Positions 50,336-62,690 of a stretch of 64,000 bases of DNA are shown one piece after another. This DNA is from Octopus sinensis. Its lineage: Eukaryota. Within the stretch, counting starts at the first letter, position 1. Every line of letters begins with the position of its first letter. A program made the position numbers and the translations under genes. The notes beneath the pieces were generated by a model, which saw nothing but the letters and a program-made list of their open reading frames with translations, was not told the DNA's origin and ran no database searches. The DNA is taken from assembly GCF_006345805.1 (NCBI RefSeq), contig NC_043016.1, positions 14,136,001-14,200,000 of the forward strand, written 5' to 3'.

Positions 50336-53300
50336 AGAGTCAGAAATAGCAGCCAAATCTTTCTCTCTCAGTCACAACCTGATACATTAGGCAAACGTAC
50401 TTCTCATTATAAAATCAGATAAGATTGTCACTGCTGAAACGATTATGATCATGGGTCTGTTCGTTCAGAGCTGACCAGGGGCTAAACACCAACAACATAA
50501 TAAATTTGCTTTGCACTTTAAATAATTATGTGTTTGTGAAAATAGAATCAAAAACAAAAATAAGCACTTGTATAAAATTCCTTAAATCAATTTATGAATT
50601 TACGGAATCAAATAAAGATAATTTAATAAAGTTTATTGGTGGCCGAAGGGAGACTACTCTGATCACGAGCGGAGATTGGTTTATTAATTGAGCACCAGCT
50701 TCTTAATTAACAAACCTAGCAGCGGAAATACTCTCGAGCACGCTAATGAATACATGTTGCAGTTATGACCCTGATATGAGAAAATTGCTTATTAACGGAA
50801 TATAAAGGAAAACATCCGTATGAATTCAAAGTATGAGTATTCGATTATGAGTATGTCACCCTCTTTCAAATAAAGCTGTTCTTATAATTAATGTAACAGT
50901 TTGGAATGAAGATCTATTCTCAGTGATTGAATAAATATATTTCCTTGATTGCCTATTTCATTTGCTGCAAAAAATTCCATTTTAAAAAAAATCTCAACAA
51001 GAACTAGTTTTTTAGCAACTAAAATTATATTCATTGAATGAATTAACCAAACTTAAAATTTTTTTTTTAAATCCGCAATAACAAGAAAATTATGGCTTTA
51101 GACATTCTGACCTATTTGCGGAAGAATTCAAAAGACAACTCCTAGATTTACTTTATTTGAAACTTTTAGTTAGGCTGTGAAAATTATAGGGACAAAAGTG
51201 GGTGAAAATATAGAGAAAACGGTTTTCCTTCGATATGACTCAGTAGAAAACTTAATACCTTCTTTAGAATTAATTCGGTTAATTTTTCGTACAAACTACG
51301 ATATAAGGTAAACATGAAAATACTTGTTACATAAAATTAATTTTAGAAGAATTGTATTTAATTATAAATAGAAATTAGCACTGTTGATTTGTTTAAGAAA
51401 GAAGTCCTCTCCATTGCTTAATTACATTTAAACAAGGCAGTGATGTATGAGCTGAGAATGATTGTTATTTTGACCTGTGAGACTAGCAGACTTGTATCTC
51501 TTTCTCTTAGTTGCTGGCTAACCAATAAACTCGTACTTTATTTTGCAATGGCTTGTTGGCACCTGAGAGATCTGCGTATATCTTTCTTCCTCAAAAACGA
51601 GTCTTATTTCGTAACCTAACATTTAGCGGGGTAAAAATCAGGATTATTTTGGTGGAACTGGAAACTAATGAGGTAAATGACAATGTAAATTTCAATGTAT
51701 AAAGAGTGAAAGGAAATAAGTCACAGGAAAAAACCCTCAGGAAAAAAAAAAAGTATTACATTTTATCTAAATTCCATAAACAATATTTTAAATCTTTTAC
51801 TAACAATAACGCAATTTATATAACAAGTATCTGAAAATTGCGTTTTATGCAATATCTTGAACATCACTGACAAATTATTTGAAAATCAATTACACTTTCA
51901 TTCAATAATTTTGCATTTATGATTGGAAATGATTTTATGTTGCTAGAATTCATAATAGATTACTTTCTGATTTATGCTAAGTACTCAAAGAAAACTAATA
52001 TTACTTTCAAACTTTGATAAAAATTCTTCGATAATTGCCATTTTGAAGTTTTCCGAGTTCATATTTTGTGTTCTCTGCGATTACCAATATATCGCTTTTC
52101 ATGAAGATATATTATAGGGGCCTATTATCCTTGATGTTGCAATAGTGGGTAACCCAGCTTTCACAGTTCAAAACACGTTTTTTAAAGTAAATAAATACTT
52201 GATTATGCGATCCAGTTTGGTTTTTGCGCATGCATAAAAAAATACGGACCAGATGCATGTTCAAAGGAACTTCGATGTGACCATCCCGCCTTTCTTTAAG
52301 AAAACGTCTTCCAGATTAATATTGACATAAGGGGTCCCAACGGTGAGCAACCCTAAACCTAAAATGATGCATAACTCTTACTCCATTTCTAAACTCTGAA
52401 CTTGAAACCCTAAGCAATAGCATGAGTTGTGTTCACTTTGGTACATCAAACACTTCGGTGCATTTGTAAAAACTAAAATTAACTGGACTGTCAAGCATTT
52501 GTGTTGAAATTTCTCTGTTATGGATTGATAAGATTTTGGGGTAAAAAAAACGTGCTGATCCAGCTTAATATTTTTCATTATTGATAAATTGAATTAGAGT
52601 TGGAATGGCTTACAGTTAGCAAAAGATAATCTTAATGGCATGTGTAAACACTTGTTTCATAAAGTTAAACTTAATATAATTTCTTATATTATCTTAAGTG
52701 CCGTACTTATAATATATGTGTCAAATTTGGGGTTTCCTTTGGACTAACGAAAGATAAAGCAGAAGTCAACAGGTTTTGAGCTAAAAATGCAGAATGATGA
52801 AACGAAATGACTGACTTTTACTGTTTGGGTTCCTTAACCAACAGGAGGGCCAAGCAACAAAAATCTCTCAGAAACTACATCTGCTGTCTTAATTGAAAGG
52901 CACTTTAAATGATGTAGTCCTGGATATCACATGACCAACTAGGTTATCAGATGTTACACGTCGCTGGTCACAATGAGCTTTACACTGTTTTAGCCTTTAA
53001 ATGATGTCACCCTGTTGGCTAGGTGAGCAGGGCAACATTGTTCCCTGATCAAAAGGGGGTCTACAACAACATGAAATGAAGTGTTTTTGCGCAAGAACAC
53101 TACATATCACCCAGTCTGAGAATCAAACCTGCAACTGTGAGTGTAACAACCTAACCACTGGGTTACGCTCCTTTACAGTCCTACATATTATTACTATGAC
53201 TGAATAGAATATAGGGTGGTCTCAGCTAGATTTCTGAGTTGGCCTTGTGCTAAACAACATCAACTAAAACATATAGCAATGCTTTTTTGGGTCTTTTGAT

Positions 53301-54009
53301 TCTGAGGACCATAAGTGACATCACTGGCTTCTGATGTCCAGAAGGGAAGGAAATTCCAGATTGATGGTGTCCTGAATGGAAATTACTAGACAAATTATTT
53401 ATTGTGAAATTTGAACGATGACACATAACAGAAACAATGAAAAGTGTTTTGCAGATTGCTAATTCAGGGAAATTGAGGCCATTGTATTACAGGAAACATG
53501 ACAGAGAGAAATTAGATGCTTTTCTTAGAACTGAACAGTGTAGTGTTTGGTGAATGACTCTTTGTCCATCAGCCAGATGACTCTTTTATAGATGACGATG
53601 TCTGTGTGAGTAACAACAGAAGCACTGTCCCACATATACTACTATATGAATTAACATTCAATCAAGGTTGAAGTTTATTTTTGCTTTTGAAGAAGCCTAG
53701 TCTTTAGAATGTAGTAACGTTCTATACATATATACATACATAGAAAACTTATATATATACCATTCCGCTTTGTTTATTTATTTATTGGTACAGTTTGATA
53801 TATATATAACTATATATATACTGGAGTAAACACATAAATGTGAAACAAGGTGGAAAAAAGAGTACTCAAATACCAGTGGTAGAGTAATATGCTTTATCTA
53901 AAGCAGCAGAAAATTCAACAAAACCTGTTATTCTGTAAAAGTTTTGAAAGAAAAAAAGCATGAATTTTCTAAATTTTGGGCTAACATTGATGGCATTTAA
54001 TCTCAAATG

Positions 54010-54714
54010 AAGAAAAGAAAAAAATGTGCTTGAAACAGAAGAAGACAGATACAGACAACTGTTCTACAGAATTATAGATTTAATTTGCGAGCAAATTGAG
54101 ATACGATTTCAAAATTTAAATGAATTACATTTTTTAGCGCTTCTTGATCCAATGAGACAAAATAAAAACATCCAGGAAACATCTATAATTTGCCTTAAAC
54201 ATTCTTATAGAGACCATTTCGATAGCCAAAACTTAAGAAGCAAACTTACTGTCTTGTTCAAAGATGCTGGACTAAAAGGAAAATCCATTCAAGATTTACT
54301 TAACATTATGCATAATAGTGGATTAGATGAAGATTTGCCCCAATTAACGAAGCTTTCTAGATTAATATTAACACTACCAGCAACAAGTGCTACAGTGGAG
54401 CTCTCCTTTTCATACCTAAGGAGAATTTATAATTATACAAGAAAGGTTGAGCAGTTTAGTTCTAACTGACATAGAAAAGGCTGTTTTAAAAAGCATTCAG
54501 AATGATGCGTTCTACAACGAAGTTATCGACAATTTCAACAAGAAAGAGAGAAGGTTTGAATTAACATTTAAGTAAAATATGTAAGTTTTAATTGTGATTT
54601 TTTTATATTTTAAAAATAGCTGTATAATATGGACATGAAAATTTGATTCAAATATTTATGTGACAGAAAATTTTGGTCATTGCTTCCTGCCAGAAAGATC
54701 ACCACACGCCCCTG
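54010..54714 (+). mobile_element. hAT transposon 3' remnant (dimerisation domain and right end)
   Basis: LPQLTKLSRLILTLPATSATVELSFSYLRRI, then frameshifted LSSLVLTDIEK..VIDNFNKKERRFELTFK*; ends CACGCCCCTG. Confidence 0.75.
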
Positions 54715-55499
54715 ATATATGTGTATGTGGATATATATATATATATATATATATGCAAAACATCTTCATGAACTTATACTTGCTTAAAATTTTTGTAAAC
54801 CCCATAATAGGATCAATATATACATGCACATACATTCAGAAAAGTGTAGGCATGTGATGCAAGTTATATACATCTACATATAAAGTTTAATGTAAATGTT
54901 TTCATTTGGGCAATTGAATTGTGTTGAATGCAAAATTCACAAGCATTTAACCAATGCTTGCAAAACATCAGGACCAAAGCAAAGGAAAAAAAAACACAAT
55001 TGGATAAATCCCTACAAGAGTCCCCTTATATATTTATCTTACATTCAAGACCATGCTTTGAAGTCCTGTAAAATCACATGTAATCTCATGTAACCTTATT
55101 CAATATGGAAGCCGATAACTAACATTCTTAAATGGAACAGATGAAAAATTGTTTTTCTGCTTGAAACCATTACTAATATTATTAATTTACAAATAAGGAA
55201 TAGAATACATATATATATATGTGTGTGTGTGCATCATCATCATCATTTAACGTCCGCTTTCCATGCTAGCATGGGTTGGACGATTTGACTGAGGACTGGT
55301 GAACCAGATGGCTGCACCAGACTCCAATCTTGATCTAGCAGAGTTTCTACAGCTGGATGCCCATACTGGAGTAAGCACATAAAAGTGAAACCAGGTAGAA
55401 AAAAGAGTACTCAAATACCAGAAGTAGAGTAATATGATATATATATATATATATATATATACATATTATATTTCATTTGTCATTCGAACTAAGACACTT

Positions 55500-56850
55500 A
55501 GGAATGAGATTTGGATGAATTCCACCCAATGTGAAATGAATAACTCAGTAGGGGGAAGGAAGGATGACAGAAATGACCTCTCAAAACAATATGTCAAGTG
55601 ATGGAATGCCACATAACATTCTTAGACATCTGTAAAGTTGTCAGCTTCTCAGACAATGAAGGACAAGAAAAGGGGTGAGGTCAGCATGACAGTTCTGTAA
55701 AGGCAGCAAAAGAAGCAACATCCACTTACATGGAAGCCAGATTGGGTTAGGGAAGAAACTGTGGACCAGGAGGTCGCGTAAGTCGTGGGCTTCTTTGAAG
55801 GAGGGGAGGTGTCACTTAGGGAAGATGTGCAAAGTGGAGGGATCGGATGGAGTCACTGGAAGGCTTGGAGAATGGTGTGTTAGAGAGGTAGGGTGGAGGG
55901 GAAGCCGGTGATGGGGGTGGGGGGAGAAAGTGCACAGTCCATGGAACGTGCTCTGGCAAGGGCGGTGTGGATAGTGGTGAGGGGATATCCACATAGGATG
56001 AAGTGGCGAGCCATGAGTTGAGACTCAGTCTCAAAGTCATGGTTGCCACTGCAAAGCCTGCGCAGCCAGAGGAATTGGGAATAGGGGATGGAAAGCTTGG
56101 TGTGTTTAGGGTGGGAGGAAGAGAAGTTGAGGTATGAGTGTGAGTCAGTGTGTTTGTAGTGGATGGGGGTGGTGAGAGTGGAGTGATGAATGCTAAGTAA
56201 AATATTGAGAAAAGTGACGGAAGTGTTGGTGCAGGAGAAGTGGAGGGCAGGATGGAAAGGTTTGACAAAAGAGAGGAAGGAGTCTAGATGTTCTCGAGAG
56301 AGTGAGGTCACACCAATACAGTCGTCAATATATTGACCGTATAGTTCGGGAGTGGGACCAATGAAACTTAAAAATATTTGGGCCTCAACATAGCCAATGA
56401 GCAGGTTCACATAGTTGGGGCCCATTCTTGTTCCCATGGCCACTACTGAGACTTGCTGGTAAAAATCACCCATGACCAAGAAGCAGTTAAAGGGGAGAAC
56501 AAGTTCAGCCAGACGAAGAAGTGTGGATGTGTCAGGTTGGGGGTTGGATCGAAGGTCAAGGTGGTGTTGGAATGCACGAAGCCCCGCGTGGTGAGGGATC
56601 ACTGTGTATAGGCTCTTGATGCCAGGAGTGAAGAGAAGCTTGTGGATTTGGGAGAGGAAGTATATTGTGGGAGTGCGAGGGATGTGGACAATGAGGTTGG
56701 AGGCAGTGGGGGGCGGGAAGAGGAGATGAGGTCATGGATAGTGGAGGACACAGTCTGTTGGTAGCTGGCCGTGGGGTTGGAGGGCAGGAGAAGGAGGTGT
56801 CTTGGAGTTGGCGGAGAGCTTTGGCCTTATAGAGGTCCATGTGCCACACC
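55500..56850 (-). mobile_element. Penelope-like retroelement reverse transcriptase remnant (second family)
   Basis: FYQQVSVVAMGTRMGPNYVNL..YIDDC..HYKHTDSHSYLNFSSSHPKHTKLSIPYSQFLWLRRLCS..GYP, typical PLE RT motifs. Confidence 0.8.
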
Positions 56851-57884
56851 TATTTCTTTACTACCCACAATGGGCTAAACACAGAGAGAACAAACAAGGA
56901 CAGACAAACGGATTAAGTTGATTACATCGACCCCAGTGCGTAACTGGTACTTAATTCATCAACCCCGAAAGGATGAAAGGCAAAGTCGATCTCGGCAAAA
57001 TTTTAATTCAGGACGTAACGGCAGATGAAATACGGCTACGCATTTCCTCCGGCGTGCTAACGATCCTGCCACCACAGCTCCACCCTTGTCGGCCGGTTTT
57101 ACGATGATGTCTTTGTGGCGTTGGAGACATCAAAGGCTGAGAGTTCGGCTGGGGAGATGTTCAGATGTTGGGGTCACCTGGAAAAGTCAAACCAGTCCAC
57201 AGCACACTGGCAGATGCCTGCAAAAAGACTGACTGCTTGGAAATACACACACACACACATACATACACACACACACACACATACATACATACATACATAC
57301 ATGTCTTTATCACTCATGACCTTCCATGTCACCATCCACATCACTTCACTTCATCCACCACACTTTCATCTTTCTCTAAGTCCACATGGGGCCGCATTGG
57401 GCCACCTTCACCTGCCTCTCCAATATACTCTCGATCCACCCTGTTCTACCTATAACCAGCACACTCACTTCTCTGAGCCCTTAATTTTGTTTACCTCTTC
57501 TACTGATTCATGTCAAATATCCCCATATTTTGCTATCATACTTTTGTCCTTTCTATTCTCTCACCCATTCATGTCCTGATGTCTTGCTCCTTCTCTCTCT
57601 CTCTCTCCTTGTCCATCTCAACAAATATACATGCCCTGTTCTATTGAATACTTTTTACACTTAGGCTCCCATCTGCCCTTTCTCAACTGCCATTCTTGTC
57701 ATTGATCCCACTCTTGTTCCTCTCCTTAGTGTACAGGCCTTAAATCACTAAGTACTCTGGTTTTGGTGCTGTATGGAAATGCCCCTCATCTGCTCTGTGA
57801 AGTGGTTGCTGATAGGGAAAGCATACAAACATTTACAAACGTATACATATGTGTGTATAATATATATGTACATATAAACACATA

Positions 57885-59220
57885 GGTATAAAATCTCCTG
57901 GGAAGGTGACGGTGATGGGGTAGTTGGTGTGGGCATACTTCTTGCAGAGAAATGGGTGGTTAAGGTCATAGAGGTAGTTAGAGTGTGCGATAGAGTACTT
58001 AAGCTCAGGCTAGTCTTGCAGAATGGTACAGCTACAATTATCTCTGCCTATGCCCCACAAGCAGGCCTACCAAATGAACAGAGGGACCACTTTTATGGCA
58101 TTCTTCTGCAGGCTACCTCAAAGATGAAAGACAATGATCTCATCTACGTGGTTGGGGATTGCAATGAGTATATCAGGCAGCAGCGCGGTATTTTCCATGG
58201 TGCACATGGGGACCATGGAATTGGTTTCTGAAATGAAGAAGGGACAAGGCTGCTGGAGTTCTTTGATGCAAATAAACTATTGATCTGCAACACCAACTTC
58301 AAGAAGCCAACCAGCCACCTAATAACCTACAAATCAGGTGACCACACTAACCAGATTGATTACATTCTCACCAGACAGTGGGATATATGGTTACTTATAA
58401 ATACAAAGACTTTCCCTGGTGAAGAATGTACCCACCAGCAGAGATTGTTATAAGTGACTTTAGACTTCAGGTTGGAAGGATGCCAAGAATCAGACCCATA
58501 TGGAAAAGAAGGATTTGGAAGTTTAAGGAACCTTTATATGGTCAGAGATTTGGGGACATCCTAATTGAGAAATTTGATGAGATGGAGAAGGAACAACAGA
58601 GCTGTAATATTGAGGGCAATTGAGAATTCCTGTGGGACAGCCTGCTGAGTGCAAAGTCCCATCCAGACCTAGGGTGATGTGGTAGTGGAACGATGATGTA
58701 GACAAGGCCACTGGAGCAAAGAAACAGGGCTGGACGTGTTGGGGTAGCAGGAAACTGGGTCAGATAGTCAGAAGAGATGCTAGGTGATAGGTATATCTAG
58801 CCAGGAGAGAAGCACAAAAGAAGTTTGCCTAAGACCTGTGATGTGAGGACCAGAGACTTGAAGCATTTTGTATTGCAAAACTGTGCGAGAGAGAATTGTG
58901 ATGTCATAGGAGAGATATACGTCCGCATGGATGATGGTGCACTTGCATGTAATGGTTCTGCAAAGAAAGAGGCCAAGAGATGCCATTATATAGGCTGCTA
59001 AACATGGAGAATGAATGGGAGAAGGAGAGTCTGCCAAATGTTGACCCAATTGAGGGACCAGCTATCCAAATTGACAGTACCTTGGTAGATAAAGCAATTA
59101 AGGAGATCAAGACAGGGAAAGCCCCTGGCCCATCATGGATCACAACTGAGATGCTTAAAATATCTGGTGGAGTTTGGTATAGTCTAGTCATCCATATAGT
59201 TAATCAGGTTGTCCATGAGG
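57885..59220 (+). mobile_element. RTE-clade LINE fragment (APE endonuclease to RT N-terminus), decayed
   Basis: GVGILLAEKW..IISAYAPQAGL..VVGDCN; later KAIKEIKTGKAPGPSWIT; many stops. Confidence 0.85.
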
Positions 59221-59253
59221 TTAAGAGGGAAAATAGTTCTTGTGTGTGAAAGG

Positions 59254-59741
59254 TGTACCAATTGTACTGCACTCAATAGATTCCAGATCCAAGTGAATTG
59301 CAGGTTCTGAGTAAGGTGAATGATAAACGGATAATAACAGATAGATTGTGATACACTACAACCGTCTCAGGCATGTTCTTCATTGCTGAACAGATGTGTT
59401 ACATCATGCAAAAAAAAAACGTTTCCATCGTGTGAATACATGTAAGAATTAAACATTTTGAACACCTCAAGAACAAGTGCAAAGTACCATTTTTACTTTG
59501 GTTTGGTAGAGTCAAAAATAGCACTTTCTTCAAAATGTTTAATTCTTACATGATTTCACCTGATGAAAATGGGTTTTTTTTTTCATGTGATGTAATACTT
59601 CTATTCATAAATTAAAAAACATGTCTGAAATAGCTGTAGTGAACCACAATCCGTCTCTTGATATTTGTTTATCATTCACCTTACATGGAACCTGCAGTTC
59701 ACAAGGGTTTGGAGTCTACTAAATGCAGTACAATTGGTGCA
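59254..59741. mobile_element. Hammerhead-containing fold-back element C
   Basis: arms 59254-59462 and 59529-59741 are diverged reverse complements, each spanning an HHR-like motif. Confidence 0.65.
59555..59643 (+). ncRNA. Type-I hammerhead ribozyme with long, decayed stem II
   Basis: stem I TTCAC/GTGAA, CTGATGA 59560-59566, GAAA 59627-59630, near-palindrome ATAGCTGT, GUA triplet (cut after 59638); decayed antisense copy in the left inverted arm. Confidence 0.55.
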
Positions 59742-60401
59742 GTGTTTGTACCTAGGTGCAGTATTGAGACTCAATGCATATTCAGCCAGCCGTTCATGAT
59801 TGTACACACAACTGGAATATAAATCTGTATTTACTGTAGTATGTATTTTTCTTTACATATTGTTTGTATGCACTGACCCAACCTTCATGCTTTACTATCT
59901 AAGGACCTGACCTGCTTGAATCTTGAATTTTTATATATGTATGTATGTGTGTGTGTGTATACTTAAGCAGGATAGATACTTAAGCACCATTAGAGATGAA
60001 CCCTATCTCCCAGGATATACACAACGAGCACAAACTGACTCAAACTCGCTCCTACACATGTCAAAATTAAGCAGAGAATACAACCTGGCAACCACACCAG
60101 ACTCTGAGGGTGGAGTCTTCGACTTGGCCTGAGCATGGACTCAAACCCAAATGAAATGAAATGAAATATACATATGTTAAATAAAATGACACAGCCTTGG
60201 CTTTGTTATTGCATTTTACTTAACATGTACATGCTCACACAAGACCCGCATTAGACTCCTCACTCATATTATTATCGAACTGAGAGTCTAACTACGGTCC
60301 TCCCGTAGCACTTTCAGAGCCTTGCTTGCCATCTTGGGTCTTCTGGATACCAATACCTCTCATATATATATTATTAGCTAATAAATAATATTAACTAATA
60401 A

Positions 60402-60485
<84 letters not shown>

Positions 60486-60730
60486 CTATACTTTAATAAA
60501 GAAAGCTACTTATAAATTAATTACAAATATGTAACTCATTACAGTTTACACTGACTAGGAAACTTTTTGAAAATTCCAATTTTAATATTTTTAAAATCAA
60601 AATGTGGTTTTCTAAATTCTTTATTATAGAAGATTTCAATTACACAATTCAATCAGAAATCTAATTTAATTCACTGCGAGACAGTGTTTTTTTAACATCT
60701 TACTCCCTTTGTTTCTATCCCTTTCCTTGT

Positions 60731-60782
<52 letters not shown>

Positions 60783-61139
60783 CCTTTCCATATCTTCTTT
60801 GTTTACCACCTCTATTCCACTTCCTCTTCCTCTTTCCTTATAGCTTTTTACTTTCACTCCTATCCTTATCTTTCTTCTTGCTCTTTCAATTAATGTTTTG
60901 ACTTGCCCCTACACACTCTGTTATTTCCACCCACATTCCTTTCAGTACTGCCTCTCCACCCCTTCACTCTACCATCTCTTTTCAATTGTTTTCATTAAAA
61001 ATAAGCATTTACAAAGTTTTTCTATGAGATATTTTGGGAATGTTTGTGAAAATTTTTACTCTATTTCTATTTATCATATCAAATTACAAGAGAATAATAC
61101 AATATGCATATTGTACTGTTTGTTTCCACATTAGTAATT

Positions 61140-62150
61140 TTCAATTCAGCATGAGTCATCCAAAAAAAATACGTGACTGAAACAGAATGGTTGACAACAA
61201 AGGGAGAGAAAGGTAACTGAATGGTAGAATACCAGGGCAAAATGACTGAAATATATGTCTGAATATGTATATAGGCATAGAGAGAATAATTCTGCTTTTG
61301 TTACACACGACAGACTGGTTAGGGTATCTCAAGATCAGAATAATCTACTTGAAACAGAACAATACAATGAGCCAGTTTTTACAGTCTGTGAATAATCAGG
61401 TGCCAATTGATATTCATCATGAAACAGGCAGAATATGCAGACAAATATCTCACACAGATAATGATGAGGTTCAAACAGAAACAGCAGTGAAAACAAATAG
61501 AGTGCTGAAAGATCAAACCAAAAATGTACAGTAAGGAGAATTGACGAAGAAAAACTTCCATATCAGAAACATGTTTGTTAAAGGTTTAGCAATGCTAATT
61601 TTAACAACTTTCAAGAATAGGCTGTCCTGTCTGTTTTACAATTACATTATACAAGGAGGCTCTTTGACAATGTGTGTTTACACTGCAAATCCCACAGATG
61701 GCCTACTGAATCGAAATTCTTATGTTGCTTTGAGGAAAAAGTAAAATTGGACAAACTGCATCCTCCTCTGCCAAATATTCTTTGGTACTTTGATGGTGAT
61801 CAGACAGGAAACAATTTCCCGGAAAATATACTTTCAAGTAACAATGTGCAAGCATTAGCTAACCTGGTTGGATTGCAGAGAAATGAGGACCCCACTGCAT
61901 TTCTTATGGGTCCACAATTTGCACTATGTTCACCACATGGAATCTCCATCTACACCTTTTCCACATATAAATAAGGCATTTTTTCAAAATGGATTAGCAT
62001 TCTGTCTATTTATCTGCTTACTAGATCTTTGGCTCTTCCTTGTTAAGTTAACTTTACGGCTTTTTGATTCCAAACATAGAATTTATTTTGTAATTCTGCA
62101 ACATATTCATCAGCACAAAGGAGCTCCTCTGGGCAACTGGTTTTTACATC
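61140..62150 (+). mobile_element. Helitron Rep fragment (decayed)
   Basis: CLHCKSHRWPTESKFLCCFEEKVKLDKLHPPLP..FPENILSSNN matches the Helitron CxxC..CC..KVxL..F..NIRxYN region; outer bounds approximate. Confidence 0.6.
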
Positions 62151-62520
62151 CTCTGTTATGGTCTAGAGGACTCTGATAAACACTGGAGCACTGGGAAATG
62201 AACCCTGCACACTAGATTTATTGCTGTAATCATTACTATCACCTTACTGAAATCTCCTCTGCACATAGCTTGGACAGCTCTCACCAGCCATTTGTTTACA
62301 CTTAGCTTCCACAACAACCACCAGATTTAGGAGTAAAGGACCTTGTTGAAAGTTTTCTCCAGGTTGATGAAAGCTAAGTAAAATGGTTCACTTCTGGTTA
62401 AATACTTCTCTTGCAATTGCCTTGCTTGGGAGCATCAGTGGTACTTCTCCTGCAGCATAAAACCAAGCTGCATCTCATCCAGTTTAAATCTCTTCCTAAT
62501 TAGTTGAGCTATTAACTGTT
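62150..62520 (-). mobile_element. RTE LINE RT fragment
   Basis: QLIRKRFKLDEMQLGFM..FINLEKTFNKV. Confidence 0.6.
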
Positions 62521-62529
62521 TCTGTAACT

Positions 62530-62690
62530 TATTGGCAGTTGCAGGTTTTGTACTGTAAATGCCCAGAATTAAGGAATCCCCAGAAAAAAAAATGTCTAGT
62601 GGTGTGAGGTCTTCTGAACATGGAGGACATTCTACTTGGGGGCAGGACTCACAAGAGGAGTTGGTCAAAACTCGGAGCTCTCTGACGCAA
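62530..62690 (-). mobile_element. Tc1-like transposase fragment
   Basis: VECPPCSEDLTPLDIFF resembles WPPRSPDLTPLDFF. Confidence 0.5.

Noticed and set aside
26056-62113. CTGATGA on the - strand near 26056-26062 and 62107-62113
   Set aside because: No stem II/GAAA/palindrome or stem I partner found.
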